A stretch of 64,000 bases of DNA from an uncultured delta proteobacterium (GTDB lineage: Bacteria; Myxococcota; Myxococcia; Myxococcales; Myxococcaceae). Each line of letters begins with the position of its first letter. The first letter of the stretch is position 1. The notes under the pieces are model-generated. The model made no database searches. It saw only the letters and a list, made by a program, of their open reading frames with translations, and was not told where the DNA came from. The position numbers and the translations under genes are program-made. Positions 18,703 to 29,760 of this stretch are shown piece by piece. Where the stretch lies: the NCBI GenBank assembly GCA_963771175.1, contig CAVYSY010000033.1, positions 480,001 through 544,000 of the forward strand, read 5' to 3'.

Positions 18703-21700
18703 ATGCCCATTTCACCCCTGTCGGTTTCCCTCCTGCTGATGCACGCCGTCAGCCTCTCGCCCGCCTCCGTCCCGGCGAAAGGCAGCCAGGAGACGATCGT
18801 CACCCTGGACAAGGCGTCCCGGGTCGTCATCACCGCGCGCACTCCCTCTGGGACGGCGTGCGAGCTGGTCGACCACGTGCGCGGCCCCTTCGCCCAGAGC
18901 GGCACCGCCGGCCGCTCCAACTGCGAGCTGGATCAGCTGCTCGACGCGGGCACCTACAAGCTGCGCCTGACGTCCCGGACGAAGGGAAAGGGCACCCAGG
19001 GGAAGGTGACTCTCCAGGCGGTGCCCTACACCGAGGACAACGCCCAGCCGGTGCTGCTGGAGCCGGGCCGCGAGGTGCGCCAGGTGCTCGCCCCGCGTCA
19101 CCAGGCCTCCTTCTGGCTCAAGCTCGACCAGCGCCAGCCCGTCACCCTGCGGGTCTCCGGGCGCACCGTCGGGGACGTGAGGCTGTGGCGCAACGGCGCG
19201 TGGTGGGAGCCCGTCCCGGTGAAGGATGCCTCCACGCAGCCCCGCCCCGGCCAGCCCCAGTACGAGTGGTGGCTGGAGACGACGCTCGAGCCGGGCAGCT
19301 ACCTGCTCACCACCTATGGCACCTCCCCGAAGGACTGGACCGAGGGCAAGGAGGACAACACCCTCTCCGTGGCCTACGGCTTCCCGAAGGCGCCTCCGGA
19401 GCGCTCGCTGAGCATCACCCTCCCGCCCTGGGGCATGACCGCGGTGGAGCTGCCCTCGGGACCCACCGCCCTCTTCCTCTCGCGCGAGAGCGGCGCGCAG
19501 TCCAGCAGCCGCGTGAGCGTCCATGCCCTCTCCGACGACGGGGCCAGCAACGTCACCGACTCCTCGGAGGCGAGCTGCCTGATTCAACCCAAGGCGCTCA
19601 TCCCCCAGTGCAGCGCGATGGCGAGCGGCGGAGGCCGGCACGTGGCGGTGCTGCGCGGGGAGCCCGGCTCGCGGCTGATGCTGCAGTGGGCCCGGCTCTC
19701 GACGGAGAGCGACTTCACGGATGGGAGCTACGGCGCGGGCACCTACTCGCCGCGATTCAAGGTCTACACCAGCGGTGAGTACCTGGTCGGCCTCCACGAG
19801 GTGCCGCTCGATCCCGACAGCGCGCCCCTGGGGTGCATGCTGGAGCAGGAGACTCCGGACAACTGGGTACCCGTCGGCTTCGACGGGCCGGAGGTGGGCC
19901 CGGATCGCCCGTTCCGCCGCGCGTTCAACTACGACGGCTCGTCCGCCACCGTCTGGTTCCGGGTGGCGCGCTCCGGGCGCTACGTGTTCGCCACCAGTGG
20001 TGAGCGAAGGGGCCGCTGCGAGCTGTACCTGGTGGACGGTGCCAAACGCACCCGGCTCATCGAGACGGACCCGAAGGCGGAGACGTGCCGCATCCCCTAC
20101 ACGGCCTCGCCCGGCATGTACGAGCTGAAGCTGTACGGCGGCACCGAGGGCATCGAGCAGCTCACGCTGGCCGTCGAGGGCCGCGCGCCCACGGAGGACA
20201 CGCCCACCCGGACGTCGTGCCTGATTCCGCGCGCGAAGCTGCACAAGGAGGACACCTACCGCCTCGTCGGCAACCGGATCGGCCGAGGCTCGCTGCGCGG
20301 CCTCTCCCTGCGCCCGCTGCCGCTCACCTTCTCCGAGCCCCTGCCGGTGGTGCTCGACGGCCCGGGTCCGGTCGAGCTGTTCCTGGCCCGGGGAGGGCCC
20401 CTCGAGGTGCGCGCGACCGGGGGCGAGCCCTTCACCTGTGCCGTGGGAGGAACCCGGGTGGAGGCGCGAGACGGTCGCTGCCAGCTTCCGGCCGCGACGG
20501 GGACGCTCACGCTGAGCCAACCGGGGAGCGCATCCCTCAACCTGCTGGTGCACCGGCCCGCGCCGCCGCCTCCTCCCCCACCGCCGCTGAGCACGTACTC
20601 GCCGAGCTTCCCGCCGCTGCCCGCCCTGAAGCCGTCGGAGCCCGCCTGGTTCGACTTCGAGCGCGGCGAGTCGCACGCGCTCACCTTCGACGTCAAGCAG
20701 GAGGGCCTGTACCACGTGACGACGCAGGGACTGCTGGCCACCGAGTGCACCATCCGTACGCCGGTGGTGCCGCAGGTGGGCAACGCCTCGGGTGGAGGGC
20801 GCGGGCGCAACTGCCTCGTGTCCACCTACCTGCGGCCAGGCCGCTACCTGCTCACCGCTCGCACCACGGGGCAGAGCAAGGGCCGCGGCGCCGTGCTCCT
20901 GGAGCGCCGCGAGGTGAAGGCGGCCGAGGGAGTGAGCGCCGATGGCGAGGTGTTCTTCCGCGTCAACGCGGGCGACCTCATCCAGCAGAAGCTCACGGTG
21001 CCCCGCATGGATGACTACACCCTCTCCACCGCCGCGCCGGGCGCGCAGCTCCAGTGCCGCCTGGACGACCCGAAGGGGTGGCCGGTGGTGACGGTGCCCA
21101 CGCCCTGCGAGCAGTCGCTGCGGCTGGCCAAGGGCACCTACCTGTGGACGCAGCTCCCGCTGACGGTGGAGTCCATGCGCCGCACCGCCCTGGAGCGCGT
21201 GAAGCCCCCGGTGGTGCTCAAGGGCAACAAGGTGCACCCGGTGCTCTTCAATGAGTGGTACCGGGCGGACCTCGGCAAGGACGGCAAGGACGAGTTCTCC
21301 TTCGAGGTGCCGGCGCGGATGGAGGTGGCCTTCACGCTGACCCACGGCATGCAGGGGCGGCTCTACACCGTCGGCGCGGACAAGACGCTCAAGCCCGTGG
21401 AGGTCATCGCTCCGCAGACGGAGTACGCGCCCCCGCCCCCGCCGCCTCCACCCGAGCCCGAGTACTCGGAGCCCTCCGAGTCCCCTGAATCCTCCGAGTA
21501 CTCCGAGGGCGGGGAGTCGGGCGAAGGCGAGTCGCCTCCCGAGTACTCCGAGAGCACCGAGGAAGCCCCGCCGCCGGCAGAGGAGGAGAGCGCCCCGGCG
21601 GCCGTCGCCGAGCCGCTGCCCACGAAGGAGTCGCCGCCTCCCGAGGGAAAGCTCCTCGTGCTCGAGCCCGGGAAATACAAGCTGGTGGCCGAGCACAGCC

Positions 21701-24009
21701 GAGGGGACGTGGCCATCTCCTACGCGCTGTACCTGCGCACCGAGGTGCTCGCGCCGCCCATGGTCAAGGACGTGAGCGCCCCCAGCCGCATCCCGCTGGT
21801 GCTGCCCGTGGACGGTACGCTGCGCCTGTTCACGCGCGGACGCACGGACGTGCGCTGCCGCATCTTCGACGGGACGGGGCGCCTCGCGGTGGAGAGCGCG
21901 GACCATGGCGCGGACTGGAACTGCGCCATCGCCGAGCCGCTCCCCGCGGGCAGCTACACGCTGGTGCTGGAGAGCCAGACGCAACAGCCGGGCCCCACCG
22001 AGGTATCCGTGGCGCTGGCCCAGGTGACCGACGCCGGGGTGCTCGCCGAGAGTGGTGCGCTGGACGTGGGCACCGGCGTGGTGCGCGCCACGCTGCCGCC
22101 CGTGCCCGCCGAGGCGCTGCAGGAAGTCACCCTGCGTGCCAAGACGCCCTTCTCCTGCGCCCTGGAGGATGAGCGGGGCGCGGTGGTGTCGCGGCGCATG
22201 GACGTCCGCGAGTGCGTGACGCTGCTGAAGCCGGGGACCTCGCCCTGGCGCGTGCGCGTCTGGACGCTGGGCCTGCCCACCAAGGTGAGCACCAGCGTGG
22301 CGGCCCGTCCGCTGCGCCCGCTCTCCAGAGAGAGGCTTCCCACGGGAGAGGCCGCGAGCGCGCAGGTGCCGAGGCCCGGTCGCTACGAGACGGGCAGCGG
22401 CATCTTCTGCCTGCCCGCGTCCCAGCAGGGCCCCCTGAGGCCGTGCGGCCCCGAGGCCTCGCTGGAGTCCGGCGACTGGGTGTTCGGCGCTCCCGGTGCC
22501 ACCGCCGAGACGAAGCTCTCCCTCTCCGAGCGCGTGGACAAGCTCGAGAAGCCCGAGGAGGAGCGCACCCCGCTGACCCGGGACGTCACCCTGCTGCGCC
22601 AGCGCTCGCGGCAGTCCGCCATGCACCTGCTGCGCATGAGCGTGCCCTTCGGCGACCCGGCCTACCCGGCGTGCCGGCTGGACGGGGGCGTCGCGCAGCA
22701 GCGGGACTCCTCGTGCTTCGCGGCCACCGGGCCCACGGAGGAGTCGCTCGCGCGCTGGTGGACGCCCGCCGACGAACGAGGTGCGGCCACCCTCACGCGC
22801 ATCGCCATTCCCGTGCCCTCCTCCGCCGTGCCGCTGACGCCCGGCCTGCAGGACCTGACGTGGAGCGGGGGGCCCTCGCTCCGCATGGTGATGCCCGCCG
22901 AGCCGACGCGCGTGCAGCTCTCCCTGCCCCAGGACGCCTGGGCCGTGCTGGTGGATGGCAAGGGGGCGGCGGTGGACCTGTGCGCCCCCACCGACACGCT
23001 CTCCCGCTGTGTCCTGAGCGGCACGGGCGGCGTGGTGCTGCTCTGGTCCCCGGCCGAGTCCCGCGTGCAGACGGAGGTGGTCTCGGTGGAGGCGGCGAAG
23101 CCGGCCATCGCCCTCGCGAGCCTCTTCGAGGCCACCATCCGCGTGCCCGGCCAGCAGCCGCTGGCCTTCGGTGCGTCGCCGATGCTCCGGCGGCTGATGG
23201 TGAAGGGGGCGGCGCGGTGCGTGACCACGCTTGATGACGGAGCGCGGCTGGAAGGCTGCGACGTCCAGGTGCCTCCGGGCCGCCGGGGCGAGCTCCTGCT
23301 CGAGACGAACCCGGGGGGCCTGCGCGTGGTGCTCGCTCCACCCGAGGGATGGGCCGCGGCCCTGCTCCCCCCCGGCTCCAAGAGCAAGGTGCCCGAATTG
23401 CCCGCCGCGAAGGCCCTGCGGCTCTCCGGCGAGACGGTGGAGCGCACCCTGACGCTGCCCGCCGACGCCGTCGTCCACCTCCGCGCCGACACGGGCGTCT
23501 GCGGCCTCGGCCAGGACACCACGGTGCTGCTGGTGGACGGCCTCGAGCGCGGCTGCACCTTCGACCGGCTGCTGAAGGCCGGCACCTACCGCCTCATGGT
23601 GCGAGGCTTCGCCGATCAGCCCCTCTCCGGCAGCGTCACCTGGACGCACGAGCCGGTGAAGGAGCTGGCCGAGGGCGTCTCCAAGGACACGGGCTGGGTG
23701 GCGCCGGGCCAGACGCGCTACTTCCGCTTCAGCACCGCCTCGGCCGGCCACGTCGGCCTGGGGCTGCAGGTGCCCGCCGAGGTGCTCCAGTGCAGCGTGC
23801 TCGACACCACCCAGCGCGTGCTCGGCGAGGGCTGCCAGCAGTTCCTCGCGCTCGAGAAGGGCAGCTACCTGCTCGCCATCCACGCTCCGGCCACGCTGGA
23901 GCGTCCCCTCTCCTTCAAGCCCGTCCTCGTGGGACTCGCCGGCGCCAAGACCGAGGTGCCCGAGGAGTACCTCCGCGACTTCTTCAACCGTATCGGAGCC
24001 AACCCGTGA
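18703..24009 (+). CDS. 1768-aa probably secreted repeat protein; first gene of the alpha-2-macroglobulin operon
   Basis: Long ORF with GC3 bias; about 8 or more modules of the form C-x-L-x-D...C...L-x-x-G-x-Y-x-L; Pro/Glu/Ser-rich insert; GTGA overlap with the next gene. Confidence 0.85.
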   Translation: MPISPLSVSLLLMHAVSLSPASVPAKGSQETIVTLDKASRVVITARTPSGTACELVDHVRGPFAQSGTAGRSNCELDQLLDAGTYKLRLTSRTKGKGTQGKVTLQAVPYTEDNAQPVLLEPGREVRQVLAPRHQASFWLKLDQRQPVTLRVSGRTVGDVRLWRNGAWWEPVPVKDASTQPRPGQPQYEWWLETTLEPGSYLLTTYGTSPKDWTEGKEDNTLSVAYGFPKAPPERSLSITLPPWGMTAVELPSGPTALFLSRESGAQSSSRVSVHALSDDGASNVTDSSEASCLIQPKALIPQCSAMASGGGRHVAVLRGEPGSRLMLQWARLSTESDFTDGSYGAGTYSPRFKVYTSGEYLVGLHEVPLDPDSAPLGCMLEQETPDNWVPVGFDGPEVGPDRPFRRAFNYDGSSATVWFRVARSGRYVFATSGERRGRCELYLVDGAKRTRLIETDPKAETCRIPYTASPGMYELKLYGGTEGIEQLTLAVEGRAPTEDTPTRTSCLIPRAKLHKEDTYRLVGNRIGRGSLRGLSLRPLPLTFSEPLPVVLDGPGPVELFLARGGPLEVRATGGEPFTCAVGGTRVEARDGRCQLPAATGTLTLSQPGSASLNLLVHRPAPPPPPPPPLSTYSPSFPPLPALKPSEPAWFDFERGESHALTFDVKQEGLYHVTTQGLLATECTIRTPVVPQVGNASGGGRGRNCLVSTYLRPGRYLLTARTTGQSKGRGAVLLERREVKAAEGVSADGEVFFRVNAGDLIQQKLTVPRMDDYTLSTAAPGAQLQCRLDDPKGWPVVTVPTPCEQSLRLAKGTYLWTQLPLTVESMRRTALERVKPPVVLKGNKVHPVLFNEWYRADLGKDGKDEFSFEVPARMEVAFTLTHGMQGRLYTVGADKTLKPVEVIAPQTEYAPPPPPPPPEPEYSEPSESPESSEYSEGGESGEGESPPEYSESTEEAPPPAEEESAPAAVAEPLPTKESPPPEGKLLVLEPGKYKLVAEHSRGDVAISYALYLRTEVLAPPMVKDVSAPSRIPLVLPVDGTLRLFTRGRTDVRCRIFDGTGRLAVESADHGADWNCAIAEPLPAGSYTLVLESQTQQPGPTEVSVALAQVTDAGVLAESGALDVGTGVVRATLPPVPAEALQEVTLRAKTPFSCALEDERGAVVSRRMDVRECVTLLKPGTSPWRVRVWTLGLPTKVSTSVAARPLRPLSRERLPTGEAASAQVPRPGRYETGSGIFCLPASQQGPLRPCGPEASLESGDWVFGAPGATAETKLSLSERVDKLEKPEEERTPLTRDVTLLRQRSRQSAMHLLRMSVPFGDPAYPACRLDGGVAQQRDSSCFAATGPTEESLARWWTPADERGAATLTRIAIPVPSSAVPLTPGLQDLTWSGGPSLRMVMPAEPTRVQLSLPQDAWAVLVDGKGAAVDLCAPTDTLSRCVLSGTGGVVLLWSPAESRVQTEVVSVEAAKPAIALASLFEATIRVPGQQPLAFGASPMLRRLMVKGAARCVTTLDDGARLEGCDVQVPPGRRGELLLETNPGGLRVVLAPPEGWAAALLPPGSKSKVPELPAAKALRLSGETVERTLTLPADAVVHLRADTGVCGLGQDTTVLLVDGLERGCTFDRLLKAGTYRLMVRGFADQPLSGSVTWTHEPVKELAEGVSKDTGWVAPGQTRYFRFSTASAGHVGLGLQVPAEVLQCSVLDTTQRVLGEGCQQFLALEKGSYLLAIHAPATLERPLSFKPVLVGLAGAKTEVPEEYLRDFFNRIGANP

Positions 24010-27000
24010 AGCCGCTCCTGAAGTCCGTCCTGTCCCTGCTCCTGCTGCTGGCGGCCGTGCCCGCCGGGGCGCAGGAATACCGTCCGGCCGACGAGAGCCA
24101 GCGTCCCGAGGGAGGGGGGGTGAAGCTCCTCCCCGACCAGTTCCTGCGCGGCTTCGACCCGGTCACCGTCTACTTCCCCGACAACGTCGGGCCCGGCAAG
24201 CAGAGCGCCGACGACGGCGCGAAGCGGCTCAAGATGACGCCCTCGTGGCCCGGCCAGTGGTTCTGGGCCGACCGCAAGACGCTCCAGTTCCGCCCGGCCG
24301 AGCCCTGGCCCGCGCTGGCCCGCTTCTCCTTCGAGGCGGGCGGCGCGCGCAGAATCCTCACCACGATGATGTCGGCGCCCTCGGCGATGTCGCCGCAGCC
24401 CGACAGCACGGACCTGAGGCCCTTCCGCACCTTCACCCTCACCTTCCCGCAGGCGCTGCCGCTCGACTCGCTCAAGAAGATGCTCCGGCTGGAGGTGCGC
24501 GACCTGCCCGGCCTGGCGGACTCGCCCACGCGGGTGCTGAAGGACTGGACGCTGTCGCAGCTCCCGCGCGGCACCCAGCGCGAGCCGGCCGTCTACGCCA
24601 TCACCCTCGAGGAGGACGTGCCCGAGGGCAAGCAGCTCCGCGTCAACGTGAGCCTCGCGCTCGGGGACGAGGACAAGGTGCTGTGGGTGGGCCGGCTGTC
24701 CACGCGCCCCGCCTTCCACCTGCAGCAGGTGCACTGCGGCAGGGAGCAGTTCTCGCTGACGGGCGGAGCCTCCACGCCCCGGGACATGGCGCTCGCGTGC
24801 GGCAACCAGGGAGACCTGCCGCAGCTCGTCTTCTCCGCGCCGGTGGAGGACCTCGGCCTCACCGCGCTGAAGAAGCTGGTGCGCCTGGAGCCCGCGGTGC
24901 CGGACCTGCACTTCCAGTCGTACGGCACCCGCGTGGCGCTGCGCGGCAAGTTCGTCCCGGACACGCTCTACCGCATGCGCATCGGCGCCGCGCCCATCCG
25001 CGACGACAGCGGCCGACCCCTGCGCGACCCGGGAGACCTCCAGAGTCTTCTTCCACCTGGACTGGAAGAGCCCCTTCCTGCGCTGGATGCAGGCCACCGC
25101 CGTGCTGGAGGCCAACGGCCCGCGCATGCTGCCGCTGCAAGGCTACGGCGACGCGCGCGCCGACGTGCGCGTCTACCGGGTGGATCCGCTCCACCCCGGC
25201 CTGTGGCCCTTCCCCAGCCGGCCCATCGTCATCGACGAGGAGAGCGCGCCGCCCTTCCCCGGCGAGGAGCCCGCGGTGAGCGCGACGCCCGGCTACATCG
25301 GCGAGGACCAACTGGCCGCGCACATCCGGCTGCTGGGCTCGCCGCTCGTCTCCAAGCTGGTGGACCTGCCGCTGCCCAAGCGCGGTGGCACCACCACCTT
25401 CGGGCTGGACCTGGCGCCGCTGCTCGACCCGGTGGTGGGCAAGTCCCGACCCGGCACGTACCTCGTGGGCCTGCGGCGGCTCACCGGAGCGCCCGAGCGC
25501 GCCTACGTCCGCGTGCAGATCACCAACCTCTCGCTCAGCACGGTGGAGGAACGGGACAAGGCCATCTTCTTCGTGCGCACGCTGGATGACGCGAAGGAGG
25601 TGCGAGGCGCCCGCATCGTGCTGGAGGGCCAGCGCCGGGTGCCGGACCCGAAGCAGCCGAACCAGACGATGCAGCAGCCCTTCAAGCACGAGCTGACCAC
25701 GGACGCGGGAGGCCGGGCGAGCCTCGGCCCGCAGACGGACTGGGTGAGCCTCGAGCGCATCTCCGTGCAGAACGGGGACGACCTGCTGGTGCTGAACCCG
25801 CGCGAGCCGCCCTCGGCGTTCGCCAACAACCACTGGTCGCCGTCCTCGGGCTGGCTGGAGTGGCTGACGCAGCAGACGCCGCCGCCGCCGAACGACAGGC
25901 TGCGCGGCTTCATCTTCACCGAGCGCCCCATCTACCGGCCGGGCGAGACGGTCTACATCAAGGGCTTCCTGCGCAACGAGGTGGGCGGTGACTTCGTGGC
26001 CCCCGAGGACGCGAAGAAGTACACGCTGCGCGTGGAGGGGCCGGGCGACCAGCAGTGGGCGCTGCCGCTGAGCTTCACCGCGCTGTATGGCTTCTCCGCC
26101 GAGTTCCAGGAGGAGAACATCCCCACCGGCGAGTTCCGCGTGGTGCTGTTGGAGACGCGCTCGGAGAGGACGCTGGCGCGTCGGGACTTCCGGGTGGAGG
26201 CGTACCGCGTCCCCACCTTCGAGGTGCAGCTCTCCAGTCCCGCCACGGCGCGGCTGGACGCGGCCTTCAAGGTGAAGGCGGTGGCGCGCTACTACGCGGG
26301 CGGCAACGTGGCCGGACAGCCCATCGCCTGGACGGTGACGCGGCGCCCCTACTACTACGTGCCCAAGGGGCGCGAGGGCTTCCTCTTCGCCTCCAGCACC
26401 CAGTTCGCCCGCGAGGGCCAGAGCCGCGCCCCCGAGGTCATCACCCGCAACGCCACGCTGGACGACGCGGGCGCGGACGAGATGACGGTCAACCCGGCGC
26501 TCGACCTGGACGGCTCGGCGCGCATCTACCGCTTCGAGGCCACCGTCACGGGCGCGGACGACCAGCCCGTGTCGGCGGCGCAGGAGGTGCGGGCACTGCC
26601 GCCCTTCGTGCTGGGCATGAAGCTGCCGCGCTACTCGGACAAGCCGTTCACGCTCGCGCCGGAGCTCCTCGCGGTGGGCGTCGACGACAAGGCGGTGAAG
26701 GGCCAGGAGGTGCAGGTGCGCCTCTACAAGCGCATCTGGCACAGCCAGCTCCGCGAGACGCACTTCGCCACCGGCGAGGCGAAGTACGTCACCGAGCAGG
26801 AAGACGTGAAGCTCGCGGAGAAGACCATCACCACCGAGGAGAAGCCCGTCACGCCGGCCTTCGAGCTGAAGGAGGCGGGCGTGTACGTGGTGGAGCTGGT
26901 GGCGCGCGACAAGCTGGGGCGCGTGCAGACGCTCTCGGCGGACCTGTACGTGGGCGGGCAGACGCCGATTGCCTGGCAGAAGTCGCGCGAGGGCGTCTTC

Positions 27001-29760
27001 GGGCTCACCCCGGACAAGGACTCGTACAAGCCGGGCGAGACGGCACGCCTCATCGTCCAGAGCCCCTTCCAGGAGGGCCGCGCGCTGGTGGTGGTGGAGG
27101 AGCCGGGAGGCAACACCTACACCTGGCACGACGTGTCCGGCGGCAAGGCGGTGCACGAGCTGACCCTCCGTCCCCAGCACGTCCCCAACGTGCCGGTGCA
27201 CGTGGTGCTGATGCGCGGCCGACTCGGCGAGGGAGACAAGGACGACTCCCGCTACCGGCCGCAGACGCTCGGGGCCTCGGTGGACGTGAAGGTGGAGCCG
27301 GTGCGCAACCAGGTGGCGGTGGAAATCAAGCACCCGGAGACGGCGCGCCCTGGGGCCACGGTTCCGGTGGAGCTGACGCTCAAGGACGACCAGGGCAAGC
27401 CCCTGGCCGGCGAGGTGACGCTGTGGCTGGTGGACGAGGCCGTGCTGTCGCTCGCGCCGGAGGGGACGCTCAACCCGCTCGACGAGCTCATCCGGAGCAA
27501 CGCGCGCGGCACCACGCTGCGAGACACGCGCAACAACCTCGTGGGCAAGCTCTTCGAGCAGGAGGAGGAGCCCGGCGGTGACGGAGCCGAGGAGGAGGAG
27601 TCCGAGGGCGGCAGCAAGCGCGTGGTGCGCAAGAACTTCAAGACGGTGCCGTACTACCAGGCCACGCTGCAGGTGCCGGCATCGGGCAAGCTGACGGTGC
27701 AGGTGCCGCTGTCGGACGACCTCACCAACTTCCGCGTGCGAGCGGTAGCCATCTCCGGGCTGCAGCGCTTCGGCTACAAGCAGACGACGCTGCGCGTGCG
27801 GCTGCCGGTGCTGGCGCAGCCACAACTGCCGCGCTTCGTGCGCCAGGGAGACCGCTTCTGGGGCGGCGCGCTGGGCCGCGTGGTGGAAGGCAGTGGCGGC
27901 CCCGGCTCGGTGAAGGTCCAGATTTCCGGCCCGGCGGAGGCGCAGCCGCTGAGTCCCTCGGTGGAGCTGCAGGCCAACCGGGCCATGAGCTTCGTCACCC
28001 CCATCACCGTGAAGAGCGCGGACGTGTCCGAGCCCCAGTCTCTCAAGGTGCGCGTGGACATCGAGCGCAAGGCGGACAAGGCCGGAGACGCCTTCGAGGT
28101 GCAGCTCCCCGTGCTGCCGGACCGCACGGTGGAACACTTCGCGTACTTCGACACGTTGAAGGCCGGGAGCACCCCGCTGAAGCCGCTGCCCGAGCCGGCG
28201 CGCCCGGGCACCGCGTCCCAGGACGTGCTCATCACCTCCATCCCCGGTGTCCTCGAGCTGTACGCGGGCCTGGACTACCTGGCCGACTACCCGCACGGCT
28301 GCCTCGAGCAGAAGCTGTCGCAGCTCTACCCGGACGTGTCCCTGGGCGCGCTGCTCACCCAGCTCAAGCTGAACACGGTCTTCAGCAAGCAGCTCGCCTC
28401 GCACGTCCAGCGGCTCCAGGAGGAGATGGCCCAGTACCAGGACGCGCAGGGGCTGATGGCCTTCTGGCCGGGCGGGCCGGGCGACGTGCAGGTGACGGCG
28501 CAGACGGTGGAGTTCCTCGACGCGGCCCGGCGCGCGGGCCTGAAGGTGGACGAGAAGCTGCTGACGCGCGCGGTGGAAGGTCTCAAGCGCGTGCTGCGCA
28601 GCGACTACCCAGGCCTCGTGCAGGAGTGGCGCTACAGCCAGCAGACGGCGGCGCTGCGAGCCCTCGCCCGAGTGGGCGCGCTGGATGAGCACTACCTCAT
28701 CGACCTCTTCCAGCTCCGCGAGCGCCTGGACATCCAGAGCCTCGCGGACCTCGCCAGCACCATGTCCACCCAGCCTTCGCGCTACAGCTCCAACCTGGAG
28801 GTGCTGCGCAAGGAGTTGTGGGACAGCGTCATCATCAAGCTGAACAAGGGCAAGCCCGTCTTCGAGGGCCTCAAGTGGCGCCGCGCCGCGTGGGGCTACT
28901 ACGGCTTCCTCAGCACGCAGCCCTCCAGCGTGGCGGCCGTCTTCGAGGCGCTGGTGCGGATCGACCCGACCAACGAGCGGCTCGACCAGGTCCGCGACGC
29001 GCTCCTCTCCTACGCGAGCGCGGAGCTGGGCTTCGGCAGCACCTACGAGAACCGCCGCGCCCTGGCCGCCCTGGCCGTGTACCTGGAGAAGGCCAAACCG
29101 GCGGTGCCGGACACCACCGTGTCGCTCTCCTCGGGGAAGAACCTCCGCGTCAACGCGGACACGAAGACGGCCTCCACCGAGGTGGCCGGCGACGCGCCCC
29201 TCTCCGCCACCGTGAAGGGTGGGCCGGTGGGCGTACGCGTGGAGGCCCGCTACGTGCCGGCCACGCCGGGAGACAAGGTGGAGCCGCTCAAGCAGGGCTT
29301 CATCGTCTCGCGCAACGCCACCTGGCTGCACGCGGACGGCTCGGAGCAGACGTACTTCGACGACAAGGCTGGCGAGGTGAAGGCGCTGGCGGTGGGCGAC
29401 ATCCTGGAGCTGCACGCGCGGCTCGTCACCGAGGAGGACCGCAACCACGTGGCGCTGGTGGTGCCCTTCGCCGCGGGCCTGGAGCCCATGAACCCCGAGC
29501 TGGCGAATGCCTCCTCGGACGCGAAGCCGTCGCAGGCGGACTCGCTGACGCCGACCTACGTGCAGCGGCTGGACCACGAGGTCCGCTACTACTTCCTGCG
29601 ACTGCCGCGCGGCACGCACACCTTCCACTTCCGGGTGCGCGCCGCCACCGAGGGCTCCTTCGTCCACCCGGCGCCCTACGCCGAGATGATGTACCGGCAG
29701 TCGGTGCGCGGCCGCGGCGAGGGCCTGCGCATCGTGGTGAAGGGAGAGCATGAGAAGTAG
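24006..29760 (+). CDS. Bacterial alpha-2-macroglobulin, about 1917 aa (one apparent +1 frameshift near 25044)
   Basis: Signal peptide; FTERPIYRPGETVY (MG2); YKPGETA; VRKNF; SDDLTNFRVRAVA; thioester motif YPHGCLEQ at about 28300; AEMMY. Confidence 0.93.
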
